Assembly (NCBI GenBank): GCA_964057225.1
Contig: OZ059898.1
Span: 3,658,001 to 3,722,000, forward strand
DNA length: 64,000 bases
From: Auanema rhodensis
Lineage: Eukaryota > Animalia > Nematoda
Reading direction: 5' to 3'
This document shows positions 40,701 to 55,670 of the stretch, piece after piece (positions within the stretch are counted from its first letter, which is position 1; every line of letters starts with the position of its first letter). Position numbers and translations under genes: made by a program. The notes under the pieces are model-generated. The model saw only the letters and a list, made by a program, of their open reading frames with translations, made no database searches and had not been told where the DNA came from.

Positions 40701-43700
40701 CTTTGTTATTAGATTTGCGCTAGCTCGAAAATGCACCGAGATATCAACTGATATAGGTTCACACTTATATCCTCGATTTTCACCCTGAAGAATTAATTTT
40801 TTCGTTGAATAACAATGTCCATCGTCTTTGTCTTAAAAAAAGGAATCTAAAAACATCTACTTTTTGCTAAATTATCTGGAAATTTTTCGGGAAAATTTTT
40901 GTCAAAATGTTTTTGGAACTAATTTTGAGTGTACATGGAAACTCAACATACAGTAATGCATCATTTTTCAAACGATCATAACTAATTTTTGTATTGAGCT
41001 TTTCTTAATGTAGTATAGTGCATTCGATGCGGATTTTTAAGCTGCGTCGATCTCTGTTATCAGATTTGCGCTAGCTTGAAAATGCACCGAGATATCAAAT
41101 GATATAGGTTCACACTTATATCCTCGATTTTCACCCTGAAGAATTAATTTTTTCGTTGAATAACAATGTCCATCGTCTTTGTCTTGGAAAAAGGAATCTA
41201 AAAACATCTACTTTTTGTGAAATTATTCGGAAATTTTTCGGGAAAATTTTTGTCAAAATGTTTTTGGAAGCAATTTTGAGTGTACATGGAAACTCAACAT
41301 ACACTAATGCATCATTTTTCAAACGATCATAACTAATTTTTGTATTAAGCGTTTCTCAATGTAGTATAGTGCATTCGATGCGGATTTTTAAGCTGCGTCG
41401 ATCTCTGTTATCAGATTTGCGCTAGCTTGAAAATGCACCGAGATATCAAATGATATAGGTTCACACTTATATCCTCGATTTTCACCCTGAAGAATTAATT
41501 TTTTCGTTGAATAACAATGTCCATCGTCTTTGTCTTGGAAAAAGGAATCTAAAAACATCTACTTTTTGTGAAATTATTCGGAAATTTTTCGGGAAAATTT
41601 TTGTCAAAATGTTTTTGGAAGCAATTTTGAGTGTACATGGAAACTCAACATACAGTAATGCATCATTTTTCAAACGATCATAACTAATTTTTGTATTGAG
41701 CTTTTCTCAGTGTAGTATAGTGCATTCGATGCGGATTTTTAAGCTGCGTCGATCTGTGTTATCAGATTTGCGCTAGCTTGAAAATGCACCGAGATATCAA
41801 ATGATATAGGTTCACACTTATATCCTCGATTTTCACCCTGAAGAATTAATTTTTTCGTTGAATAACAATGTCCATCGTCTTTGTCTTGAAAAAAGGAATG
41901 TAAAAACATCTACTTTTTGCTAAATTATCTGGAAATTTTTCGGGAAAATTTTTGTCAAAATGTTTTTGGAACCAATTTTGAGTGTACATGGAAACTCAAC
42001 ATACAGTAATGCATCATTTTTCAAACGATCATAACTAATTTTTGTATTGAGCTTTTCTCAGTGTAGTATAGTGCATTCGATGCGGATTTTTAAGCTGCGT
42101 CGATCTGTGTTATTAGATTTGGGCTAGCTCGAAAATGCACCGAGATATCAACTGATATAGGTTCACACTTATATCCTCGATTTTCACCCTGAAGAATTAA
42201 TTTTTTCGTTGAATAACAATGTCCATCGTCTTTGTCTTGAAAAAAGGAATGTAAAAACATCTACTTTTTGCTAAATTATCTGGAAATTTTTCGGGAAAAT
42301 TTTTGTCAAAATGTTTTTGGAACCAATTTTGAGTGTACATGGAAACTCAACATACAGTAATGCATCATTTTTCAAACGATCATAACTAATTTTTGTATTG
42401 AGCTTTTCTCAGTGTAGTATAGTGCATTCGATGCGGATTTTTAAGCTGCGTCGATCTCTGTTATCAGATTTGCGCTAGCTTGAAAATGCACCGAGATATC
42501 AAATGATATAGGTTCACACTTATATCCTCGATTTTCACCCTGAAGAATTAATTTTTTCGTTGAATAACAATGTCCATCGTCTTTGTCTTGAAAAAAGAAA
42601 TGTAAAAACATCTACTTTTTGCTAAATTATCTGGAAATTTTTCGGGAAAATTTTTGTCAAAATGTTTTTGGAAGCAATTTTGAGTGTACATGGAAACTCA
42701 ACATACAGTAATGCATCATTTTTCAAACGATCATAACTAATTTTTGTATCGAGCTTTTCTCAATATAGTATAGTGCATTCGATGCGGATTTTTAAGCTGC
42801 GTCGATCTGTGTTATTAGATTTGCGCTAGCTCGAAAATGCACCGAGATATCAACTGATATAGGTTCACACTTATATCCTCGATTTTCACCCTGAAGAATT
42901 AATTTTTTCGTTGAATAACAATGTCCATCGTCTTTGTCTTGAAAAAAGGAATCTAAAAACATCTACTTTTTGCTAAATTATCTGGAAATTTTTCGGGAAA
43001 ATTTTTGTCAAAATGTTTTTGGAACTAATTTTGAGTGTACATGGAAACTCAACATACAGTAATGCATCATTTTTCAAACGATCATAACTAATTTTTGTAT
43101 TGAGCTTTTCTTAATGTAGTATAGTGCATTCGATGCGGATTTTTAAGCTGCGTCGATCTCTGTTATCAGATTTGCGCTAGCTTGAAAATGCACCGAGATA
43201 TCAAATGATATAGGTTCACACTTATATCCTCGATTTTCACCCAGAAGAATTAATTTTTTCGTTGAATAACAATGTCCATCGTCTTTGTCTTGGAAAAAGG
43301 AATCTAAAAACATCTACTTTTTGTGAAATTATTCGGAAATTTTTCGGGAAAATTTTTGTCAAAATGTTTTTGGAAGCAATTTTGAGTGTACATGGAAACT
43401 CAACATACACTAATGCATCATTTTTCAAACGATCATAACTAATTTTTGTATTGAGCTTTTCTCAGTGTAGTATAGTGCATTCGATGCGGATTTTTAAGCT
43501 GCGTCGATCTCTGTTATCAGATTTGCGCTAGCTTGAAAATGCACCGAGATATCAAATGATATAGGTTCACACTTATATCCTCGATTTTCACCCAGAAGAA
43601 TTAATTTTTTCGTTGAATAACAATGTCCATCGTCTTTGTCTTGGAAAAAGGAATCTAAAAACATCTACTTTTTGTGAAATTATTCGGAAATTTTTCGGGA

Positions 43701-45087
43701 AAATTTTTGTCAAAATGTTTTTGGAAGCAATTTTGAGTGTACATGGAAACTCAACATACACTAATGCATCATTTTTCAAACGATCATAACTAATTTTTGT
43801 ATTGAGCTTTTCTCAGTGTAGTATAGTGCATTCGATGCGGATTTTTAAGCTGCGTCGATCTCTGTTATCAGATTTGCGCTAGCTTGAAAATGCACCGAGA
43901 TATCAAATGATATAGGTTCACACTTATATCCTCGATTTTCACCCTGAAGAATTAATTTTTTCGTTGAATAACAATGTCCATCGTCTTTGTCTTGGAAAAA
44001 GGAATCTAAAAACATCTACTTTTTGTGAAATTATTCGGAAATTTTTCGGGAAAATTTTTGTCAAAATGTTTTTGGAAGCAATTTTGAGTGTACATGGAAA
44101 CTCAACATACAGTAATGCATCATTTTTCAAACGATCATAACTAATTTTTGTATTGAGCTTTTCTCAGTGTAGTATAGTGCATTCGATGCGGATTTTTAAG
44201 CTGCGTCGATCTGTGTTATCAGATTTGCGCTAGCTTGAAAATGCACCGAGATATCAACTGATATAGGTTCACACTTATATCCTCGATTTTCACCCTGAAG
44301 AATTAATTTTTTCGTTGAATAACAATGTCCATCGTCTTTGTCTTGAAAAAAGGAATGTAAAAACATCTACTTTTTGCTAAATTATCTGGAAATTTTTCGG
44401 GAAAATTTTTGTCAAAATGTTTTTGGAACCAATTTTGAGTGTACATGGAAACTCAACATACAGTAATGCATCATTTTTCAAACGATCATAACTAATTTTT
44501 GTATTGAGCTTTTCTCAGTGTAGTATAGTGCATTCGATGCGGATTTTTAAGCTGCGTCGATCTGTGTTATTAGATTTGGGCTAGCTCGAAAATGCACCGA
44601 GATATCAACTGATATAGGTTCACACTTATATCCTCGATTTTCACCCTGAAGAATTAATTTTTTCGTTGAATAACAATGTCCATCGTCTTTGTCTTGAAAA
44701 AAGAAATGTAAAAACATCTACTTTTTGCTAAATTATCTGGAAATTTTTCGGGAAAATTTTTGTCAAAATGTTTTTGGAAGCAATTTTGAGTGTACATGGA
44801 AACTCAACATACAGTAATGCATCATTTTTCAAACGATCATAACTAATTTTTGTATCGAGCTTTTCTCAATATAGTATAGTGCATTCGATGCGGATTTTTA
44901 AGCTGCGTCGATCTGTGTTATCAGATTTGCGCTAGCTTGAAAATGCACCGAGATATCAAATGATATAGGTTCACACTTATATCCTCGATTTTCACCCTGA
45001 AGAATTAATTTTTTCGTTGAATAACAGTGTCCATCGTCTTTGTCTTGAAAAAAGAAATGTAAAAACATCTACTTTTTGCTAAATTAT
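37791..45087. repeat. Subfamily A block, rich in A1 monomers
   Basis: TGTGAAATTATTCGG monomers marked by ORFs at 37972-39567, 41131-41673 and 43237-44130. Confidence 0.85.
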
Positions 45088-47630
45088 TTTGAAATTTTTC
45101 GAAAAAATTTTTGTCAAAATGTTTTTGGAAGCAATGTTGAGTGTACATGGAAACTCAACATACACTAATGCATCATTTTTCAAACGATCATAACTAATTT
45201 TTGTATTAAGCGTTTCTCAATGTAGTATAGTGCATTCGATGCGGATTTTTAAGCTGCGTCGATCTGTGTTATCAGATTTGCGCTAGCTTAAAAATGCACC
45301 GAGATATCAACTGATATAAGTTCACACTTATATCCTCGATTTTCACCCTGAAGGAATAATTTTTTCGTTGAATAACATTGTCCATCGTCTTTGCCTTGAA
45401 AAAAGGAATCTAAAAACATCTACTTTTTGCTAAATTATTTTGAAATTTTTCGAAAAAATTTTTGTCAAAATGTTTTTGGAAGCAATGTTGAGTGTACATG
45501 GAAACTCAACATACACTAATGCATCATTTTTCAAACGATCATAACTAATTTTTGTATTAAGCGTTTCTCAATGTAGTATAGTGCATTCGATGCGGATTTT
45601 TAAGCTGCGTCGATCTGTGTTATCAGATTTGCGCTAGCTTAAAAATGCACCGAGATATCAACTGATATAAGTTCACACTTATATCCTCGATTTTCACCCT
45701 GAAGGAATAATTTTTTCGTTGAATAACATTGTCCATCGTCTTTGCCTTGAAAAAAGGAATCTAAAAACATCTACTTTTTGCTAAATTATCTTGAAATTTT
45801 TCGAAAAAATTTTTGTCAAAATGTTTTTGGAAGCATTGTTGAGTGTACATGGAAACTCAACATACACTAATGCATCATTTTTCAAACGATCATAACTAAT
45901 TTTTGTATTAAGCGTTTCTCAATGTAGTATAGTGCATTCGATGCGGATTTTTAAGCTGCGTCGATCTCTGTTATCAGATTTGCGCTAGCTTAAAAATGCA
46001 CCGAGATATCAACTGATATAAGTTCACACTTATATCCTCGATTTTCACCCTGAAGGAATAATTTTTTCGTTGAATAACATTGTCCATCGTCTTTGCCTTG
46101 AAAAAAGGAATCTAAAAACATCCACTTTTTGCTAAATTATTTTGAAATTTTTCGAAAAAATTTTTGTCAAAATGTTTTTGGAAGCATTGTTGAGTGTACA
46201 TGGAAACTCAACATACACTAATGCATCATTTTTCAAACGATCATAACTAATTTTTGTATCAAGCGTTTCTCAATGTAGTATAGTGCATTCGATGCGGATT
46301 TTTAAGCTGCGTCGATCTCTGTTATCAGATTTGCGCTAGCTTAAAAATGCACCGAGATATCAACTGATATAAGTTCACACTTATATCCTCGATTTTCACC
46401 CTGAAGGAATAATTTTTTCGTTGAATAACATTGTCCATCGTCTTTGCCTTGAAAAAAGGAATCTAAAAACATCCACTTTTTGCTAAATTATTTTGAAATT
46501 TTTCGAAAAAATTTTTGTCAAAATGTTTTTGGAAGCATTGTTGAGTGTACATGGAAACTCAACATACACTAATGCATCATTTTTCAAACGATCATAACTA
46601 ATTTTTGTATCAAGCGTTTCTCAATGTAGTATAGTGCATTCGATGCGGATTTTTAAGCTGCGTCGATCTCTGTTATCAGATTTGCGCTAGCTTAAAAATG
46701 CACCGAGATATCAACTGATATAAGTTCACACTTATATCCTCGATTTTCACCCTGAAGGAATAATTTTTTCGTTGAATAACATTGTCCATCGTCTTTGCCT
46801 TGAAAAAAGGAATCTAAAAACGTCCACTTTTTGCTAAATTATTTTGAAATTTTTCGAAAAAATTTTTGTCAAAATGTTTTTGGAAGCATTGTTGAGTGTA
46901 CATGGAAACTCAACATACACTAATGCATCATTTTTCAAACGATCATAACTAATTTTTGTATAAAGCGTTTCTCAATGTAGTATAGTGCATTCGATGCGGA
47001 TTTTTAAGCTGCGTCGATCTGTGTTATCAGATTTGCGCTAGCTTGAAAATGCACCGAGATATCAAATGATATAGGTTCACACTTATATCCTCGATTTTCA
47101 CCCTGAAGGAATAATTTTTTCGTTGAATAACATTGTCCATCGTCTTTGCCTTGAAAAAAGGAATCTAAAAACGTCCACTTTTTGCTAAATTATTTTGAAA
47201 TTTTTCGAAAAAATTTTTGTCAAAATGTTTTTGGAAGCAATGTTGAGTGTACATGGAAACTCAACATACACTAATGCATCATTTTTCAAACGATCATAAC
47301 TAATTTTTGTATTAAGCGTTTCTCAATGTAGTATAGTGCATTCGATGCGGATTTTTAAGCTGCGTCGATCTGTGTTATCAGATTTGCGCTAGCTTGAAAA
47401 TGCACCGAGATATCAACTGATATAAGTTCACACTTATATCCTCGATTTTCACCCTGAAGGAATAATTTTTTCGTTGAATAACATTGTCCATCGTCTTTGC
47501 CTTGAAAAAAGGAATCTAAAAACGTCCACTTTTTGCTAAATTATTTTGAAATTTTTCGAAAAAATTTTTGTCAAAATGTTTTTGGAAGCAATGTTGAGTG
47601 TACATGGAAACTCAACATACACTAATGCAT
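45088..47630. repeat. Subfamily B block
   Basis: B diagnostics begin mid-monomer at 45088 (TATTTTGAAATTTTTCGAAAAAA) and end ~47630. Confidence 0.87.
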
Positions 47631-50600
47631 CATTTTTCAAACGATCATAACTAATTTTTGTATTGAGCTTTTCTCAGTGTAGTATAGTGCATTCGATGCG
47701 GATTTTTAAGCTGCGTCGATCTGTGTTATTAGATTTGGGCTAGCTCGAAAATGCACCGAGATATCAACTGATATAGGTTCACACTTATATCCTCGATTTT
47801 CACCCTGAAGAATTAATTTTTTCGTTGAATAACAATGTCCATCGTCTTTGTCTTGAAAAAAGGAATCTAAAAACATCTACTTTTTGCTAAATTATCTGGA
47901 AATTTTTCGGGAAAATTTTTGTCAAAATGTTTTTGGAACTAATTTTGAGTGTACATGGAAACTCAACATACACTAATGCATCATTTTTCAAACGATCATA
48001 ACTAATTTTTGTATTGAGCTTTTCTTAATGTAGTATAGTGCATTCGATGCGGATTTTTAAGCTGCGTCGATCTCTGTTATCAGATTTGCGCTAGCTTGAA
48101 AATGCACCGAGATATCAAATGATATAGGTTCACACTTATATCCTCGATTTTCACCCTGAAGAATTAATTTTTTCGTTGAATAACAATGTCCATCGTCTTT
48201 GTCTTGGAAAAAGGAATCTAAAAACATCTACTTTTTGTGAAATTATTCGGAAATTTTTCGGGAAAATTTTTGTCAAAATGTTTTTGGAAGCAATTTTGAG
48301 TGTACATGGAAACTCAACATACACTAATGCATCATTTTTCAAACGATCATAACTAATTTTTGTTTTAAGCGTTTCTCAATGTAGTATAGTGCATTCGATG
48401 CGGATTTTTAAGCTGCGTCGATCTCTGTTATCAGATTTGCGCTAGCTTGAAAATGCACCGAGATATCAAATGATATAGGTTCACACTTATATCCTCGATT
48501 TTCACCCTGAAGAATTAATTTTTTCGTTGAATAACAATGTCCATCGTCTTTGTCTTGGAAAAAGGAATCTAAAAACATCTACTTTTTGTGAAATTATTCG
48601 GAAATTTTTCGGGAAAATTTTTGTCAAAATGTTTTTGGAAGCAATTTTGAGTGTACATGGAAACTCAACATACAGTAATGCATCATTTTTCAAACGATCA
48701 TAACTAATTTTTGTATTGAGCTTTTCTCAGTGTAGTATAGTGCATTCGATGCGGATTTTTAAGCTGCGTCGATCTGTGTTATCAGATTTGCGCTAGCTTG
48801 AAAATGCACCGAGATATCAAATGATATAGGTTCACACTTATATCCTCGATTTTCACCCTGAAGAATTAATTTTTTCGTTGAATAACAATGTCCATCGTCT
48901 TTGTCTTGAAAAAAGGAATGTAAAAACATCTACTTTTTGCTAAATTATCTGGAAATTTTTCGGGAAAATTTTTGTCAAAATGTTTTTGGAACCAATTTTG
49001 AGTGTACATGGAAACTCAACATACACTAATGCATCATTTTTCAAACGATCATAACTAATTTTTGTATTAAGCGTTTCTCAATGTAGTATAGTGCATTCGA
49101 TGCGGATTTTTAAGCTGCGTCGATCTGTGTTATCAGATTTGCGCTAGCTTGAAAATGCACCGAGATATCAAATGATATAGGTTCACACTTATATCCTCGA
49201 TTTTCACCCTGAAGGAATAATTTTTTCGTTGAATAACATTGTCCATCGTCTTTGCCTTGAAAAAAGGAATCTAAAAACATCTACTTTTTGCTAAATTATT
49301 TTGAAATTTTTCGAAAAAATTTTTGTCAAAATGTTTTTGGAAGCAATGTTGAGTGTACATGGAAACTCAACATACACTAATGCATCATTTTTCAAACGAT
49401 CATAACTAATTTTTGTATTGAGCTTTTCTCAGTGTAGTATAGTGCATTCGATGCGGATTTTTAAGCTGCGTCGATCTGTGTTATTAGATTTGGGCTAGCT
49501 CGAAAATGCACCGAGATATCAACTGATATAGGTTCACACTTATATCCTCGATTTTCACCCTGAAGAATTAATTTTTTCGTTGAATAACAATGTCCATCGT
49601 CTTTGTCTTGAAAAAAGGAATCTAAAAACATCTACTTTTTGCTAAATTATCTGGAAATTTTTCGGGAAAATTTTTGTCAAAATGTTTTTGGAACTAATTT
49701 TGAGTGTACATGGAAACTCAACATACAGTAATGCATCATTTTTCAAACGATCATAACTAATTTTTGTATTGAGCTTTTCTTAATGTAGTATAGTGCATTC
49801 GATGCGGATTTTTAAGCTGCGTCGATCTCTGTTATCAGATTTGCGCTAGCTTGAAAATGCACCGAGATATCAAATGATATAGGTTCACACTTATATCCTC
49901 GATTTTCACCCTGAAGAATTAATTTTTTCGTTGAATAACAATGTCCATCGTCTTTGTCTTGGAAAAAGGAATCTAAAAACATCTACTTTTTGTGAAATTA
50001 TTCGGAAATTTTTCGGGAAAATTTTTGTCAAAATGTTTTTGGAAGCAATTTTGAGTGTACATGGAAACTCAACATACAGTAATGCATCATTTTTCAAACG
50101 ATCATAACTAATTTTTGTATTGAGCTTTTCTCAGTGTAGTATAGTGCATTCGATGCGGATTTTTAAGCTGCGTCGATCTGTGTTATCAGATTTGCGCTAG
50201 CTTGAAAATGCACCGAGATATCAAATGATATAGGTTCACACTTATATCCTCGATTTTCACCCTGAAGAATTAATTTTTTCGTTGAATAACAATGTCCATC
50301 GTCTTTGTCTTGAAAAAAGGAATGTAAAAACATCTACTTTTTGCTAAATTATCTGGAAATTTTTCGGGAAAATTTTTGTCAAAATGTTTTTGGAACCAAT
50401 TTTGAGTGTACATGGAAACTCAACATACAGTAATGCATCATTTTTCAAACGATCATAACTAATTTTTGTATTGAGCTTTTCTCAGTGTAGTATAGTGCAT
50501 TCGATGCGGATTTTTAAGCTGCGTCGATCTGTGTTATTAGATTTGGGCTAGCTCGAAAATGCACCGAGATATCAACTGATATAGGTTCACACTTATATCC

Positions 50601-51053
50601 TCGATTTTCACCCTGAAGAATTAATTTTTTCGTTGAATAACAATGTCCATCGTCTTTGTCTTGAAAAAAGGAATGTAAAAACATCTACTTTTTGCTAAAT
50701 TATCTGGAAATTTTTCGGGAAAATTTTTGTCAAAATGTTTTTGGAACCAATTTTGAGTGTACATGGAAACTCAACATACAGTAATGCATCATTTTTCAAA
50801 CGATCATAACTAATTTTTGTATTGAGCTTTTCTCAGTGTAGTATAGTGCATTCGATGCGGATTTTTAAGCTGCGTCGATCTCTGTTATCAGATTTGCGCT
50901 AGCTTGAAAATGCACCGAGATATCAAATGATATAGGTTCACACTTATATCCTCGATTTTCACCCTGAAGAATTAATTTTTTCGTTGAATAACAATGTCCA
51001 TCGTCTTTGTCTTGAAAAAAGAAATGTAAAAACATCTACTTTTTGCTAAATTA
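47631..51053. repeat. Subfamily A block with a ~1-monomer B patch at ~49026-49380
   Basis: A1/A2 diagnostics. B alleles run from ATACACTAAT at 49021 to CATACACTAA at 49371. Confidence 0.83.
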
Positions 51054-54000
51054 TTTTGAAATTTTTCGAAAAAATTTTTGTCAAAATGTTTTTGGAAGCA
51101 ATGTTGAGTGTACATGGAAACTCAACATACACTAATGCATCATTTTTCAAACAATCATAACTAATTTTTGTATTAAGCGTTTCTCAATGTAGTATAGTGC
51201 ATTCGATGCGGATTTTTAAGCTGCGTCGATCTGTGTTATCAGATTTGCGCTAGCTTAAAAATGCACCGAGATATCAACTGATACAAGTTCACACTTATAT
51301 CCTCGATTTTCACCCTGAAGGAATAATTTTTTCGTTGAATAACATTGTCCATCGTCTTTGCCTTGAAAAAAGGAATCTAAAAACATCTACTTTTTGCTAA
51401 ATTATTTTGAAATTTTTCGAAAAAATTTTTGTCAAAATGTTTTTGGAAGCAATGTTGAGTGTACATGGAAACTCAACATACACTAATGCATCATTTTTCA
51501 AACGATCATAACTAATTTTTGTTATGAGCTTTTCTCAATATAGTATAGTGCATTCGATGCGGATTTCTAAGCTGCGTCGATCTGTGTTATCAGATTTGCG
51601 CTAGCTTGAAAATGCACCGAGATATCAAATGATATAGGTTCACACTTATATCCTCGATTTTCACCCTGAAGAATTAATTTTTTCGTTGAATAACAATGTC
51701 CATCGTCTTTGTCTTGAAAAAAGAAATGTAAAAACATCTACTTTTTGCTAAATTATTTTGAAATTTTTCGAAAAAATTTTTGTCAAAATGTTTTTGGAAG
51801 CAATGTTGAGTGTACATGGAAACTCAACATACACTAATGCATCATTTTTCAAACAATCATAACTAATTTTTGTATTAAGCGTTTCTCAATGTAGTATAGT
51901 GCATTCGATGCGGATTTTTAAGCTGCGTCGATCTGTGTTATCAGATTTGCGCTAGCTTAAAAATGCACCGAGATATCAACTGATATAAGTTCACACTTAT
52001 ATCCTCGATTTTCACCCTGAAGGAATAATTTTTTCGTTGAATAACATTGTCCATCGTCTTTGCCTTGAAAAAAGGAATCTAAAAACATCTACTTTTTGCT
52101 AAATTATTTTGAAATTTTTCGAAAAAATTTTTGTCAAAATGTTTTTGGAAGCAATGTTGAGTGTACATGGAAACTCAACATACACTAATGCATCATTTTT
52201 CAAACGATCATAACTAATTTTTGTATTAAGCTTTTCTCAGTGTAGTATAGTGCATTCGATGCGGATTTTTAAGCTGCGTCGATCTGTGTTATTAGATTTG
52301 CGCTAGCTCGAAAATGCACCGAGATATCAACTGATATAGGTTCACACTTATATCCTCGATTTTCACCCTGAAGAATTAATTTTTTCGTTGAATAACAATG
52401 TCCATCGTCTTTGTCTTGAAAAAAGGAATCTAAAAACATCTACTTTTTGCTAAATTATTTTGAAATTTTTCGAAAAAATTTTTGTCAAAATGTTTTTGGA
52501 AGCAATTTTGAGTGTACATGGAAACTCAACATACACTAATGCATCATTTTTCAAACGATCATAACTAATTTTTGTATTAAGCGTTTCTCAATGTAGTATA
52601 GTGCATTCGATGCGGATTTTTAAGCTGCGTCGATCTGTGTTATCAGATTTGCGCTAGCTTGAAAATGCACCGAGATATCAAATGATATAGGTTCACACTT
52701 ATATCCTCGATTTTCACCCTGAAGAATTAATTTTTTCGTTGAATAACAATGTCCATCGTCTTTGTCTTGAAAAAAGAAATGTAAAAACATCTACTTTTTG
52801 CTAAATTATTTTGAAATTTTTCGAAAAAATTTTTGTCAAAATGTTTTTGGAAGCAATGTTGAGTGTACATGGAAACTCAACATACACTAATGCATCATTT
52901 TTCAAACAATCATAACTAATTTTTGTATTAAGCGTTTCTCAATGTAGTATAGTGCATTCGATGCGGATTTTTAAGCTGCGTCGATCTGTGTTATCAGATT
53001 TGCGCTAGCTTAAAAATGCACCGAGATATCAACTGATACAAGTTCACACTTATATCCTCGATTTTCACCCTGAAGGAATAATTTTTTCGTTGAATAACAT
53101 TGTCCATCGTCTTTGCCTTGAAAAAAGGAATCTAAAAACATCTACTTTTTGCTAAATTATTTTGAAATTTTTCGAAAAAATTTTTGTCAAAATGTTTTTG
53201 GAAGCAATTTTGAGTGTACATGGAAACTCAACATACACTAATGCATCATTTTTCAAACGATCATAACTAATTTTTGTATTAAGCGTTTCTCAATGTAGTA
53301 TAGTGCATTCGATGCGGATTTTTAAGCTGCGTCGATCTCTGTTATCAGATTTGCGCTAGCTTAAAAATGCACCGAGATATCAACTGATATAAGTTCACAC
53401 TTATATCCTCGATTTTCACCCTGAAGGAATAATTTTTTCGTTGAATAACATTGTCCATCGTCTTTGCCTTGAAAAAAGGAATCTAAAAACATCTACTTTT
53501 TGCTAAATTATCTTGAAATTTTTCGAAAAAATTTTTGTCAAAATGTTTTTGGAAGCATTGTTGAGTGTACATGGAAACTCAACATACACTAATGCATCAT
53601 TTTTCAAACGATCATAACTAATTTTTGTATTAAGCGTTTCTCAATGTAGTATAGTGCATTCGATGCGGATTTTTAAGCTGCGTCGATCTCTGTTATCAGA
53701 TTTGCGCTAGCTTAAAAATGCACCGAGATATCAACTGATATAAGTTCACACTTATATCCTCGATTTTCACCCTGAAGGAATAATTTTTTCGTTGAATAAC
53801 ATTGTCCATCGTCTTTGCCTTGAAAAAAGGAATCTAAAAACATCTACTTTTTGCTAAATTATCTTGAAATTTTTCGAAAAAATTTTTGTCAAAATGTTTT
53901 TGGAAGCATTGTTGAGTGTACATGGAAACTCAACATACAGTAATGCATCATTTTTCAAACGATCATAACTAATTTTTGTAGTAAGCGTTTCTCAATGTAG

Positions 54001-55670
54001 TATAGTGCATTCGATGCGGATTTTTAAGCTGCGTCGATCTCTGTTATCAGATTTGCGCTAGCTTAAAAATGCACCGAGATATCAACTGATATAAGTTCAC
54101 ACTTATATCCTCGATTTTCACCCTGAAGGAATAATTTTTTCGTTGAATAACATTGTCCATCGTCTTTGCCTTGAAAAAAGGAATCTAAAAACATCCACTT
54201 TTTGCTAAATTATTTTGAAATTTTTCGAAAAAATTTTTGTCAAAATGTTTTTGGAAGCATTGTTGAGTGTACATGGAAACTCAACATACACTAATGCATC
54301 ATTTTTCAAACGATCATAACTAATTTTTGTATTAAGCGTTTCTCAATGTAGTATAGTGCATTCGATGCGGATTTTTAAGCTGCGTCGATCTGTGTTATCA
54401 GATTTGCGCTAGCTTGAAAATGCACCGAGATATCAAATGATATAGGTTCACACTTATATCCTCGATTTTCACCCTGAAGGAATAATTTTTTCGTTGAATA
54501 ACATTGTCCATCGTCTTTGCCTTGAAAAAAGGAATCTAAAAACATCTACTTTTTGCTAAATTATTTTGAAATTTTTCGAAAAAATTTTTGTCAAAATGTT
54601 TTTGGAAGCAATGTTGAGTGTACATGGAAACTCAACATACACTAATGCATCATTTTTCAAACGATCATAACTAATTTTTGTATTAAGCGTTTCTCAATGT
54701 AGTATAGTGCATTCGATGCGGATTTTCAAGCTGCGTCGATCTGTGTTATCAGATTTGCGCTAGCTCGAAAATGCACCGAGATATCAACTGATATAGGTTC
54801 ACACTTATATCCTCGATTTTCACCCTGAAGAATTAATTTTTTCGTTGAATAACATTGTCCATCGTCTTTGCCTTGAAAAAAGGAATCTAAAAACATCCAC
54901 TTTTTGCTAAATTATTTTGAAATTTTTCGAAAAAATTTTTGTCAAAATGTTTTTGGAAGCATTGTTGAGTGTACATGGAAACTCAACATACACTAATGCA
55001 TCATTTTTCAAACGATCATAACTAATTTTTGTATTAAGCGTTTCTCAATGTAGTATAGTGCATTCGATGCGGATTTTTAAGCTGCGTCGATCTGTGTTAT
55101 CAGATTTGCGCTAGCTTGAAAATGCACCGAGATATCAAATGATATAGGTTCACACTTATATCCTCGATTTTCACCCTGAAGGAATAATTTTTTCGTTGAA
55201 TAACATTGTCCATCGTCTTTGCCTTGAAAAAAGGAATCTAAAAACATCTACTTTTTGCTAAATTATTTTGAAATTTTTCGAAAAAATTTTTGTCAAAATG
55301 TTTTTGGAAGCAATGTTGAGTGTACATGGAAACTCAACATACACTAATGCATCATTTTTCAAACGATCATAACTAATTTTTGTATTAAGCGTTTCTCAAT
55401 GTAGTATAATGCATTCGATGCGGATTTTTAAGCTGCGTCGATCTGTGTTATTAGATTTGCGCTAGCTCGAAAATGCACCGAGATATCAACTGATATAGGT
55501 TCACACTTATATCCTCGATTTTCACCCTGAAGAATTAATTTTTTCGTTGAATAACATTGTCCATCGTCTTTGCCTTGAAAAAAGGAATCTAAAAACATCC
55601 ACTTTTTGCTAAATTATTTTGAAATTTTTCGAAAAAATTTTTGTCAAAATGTTTTTGGAAGCATTGTTGA
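51054..55670. repeat. Subfamily B / A-B mosaic block
   Basis: TTCGAAAAAA in every monomer, with left halves switching between A and B alleles. Confidence 0.83.
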
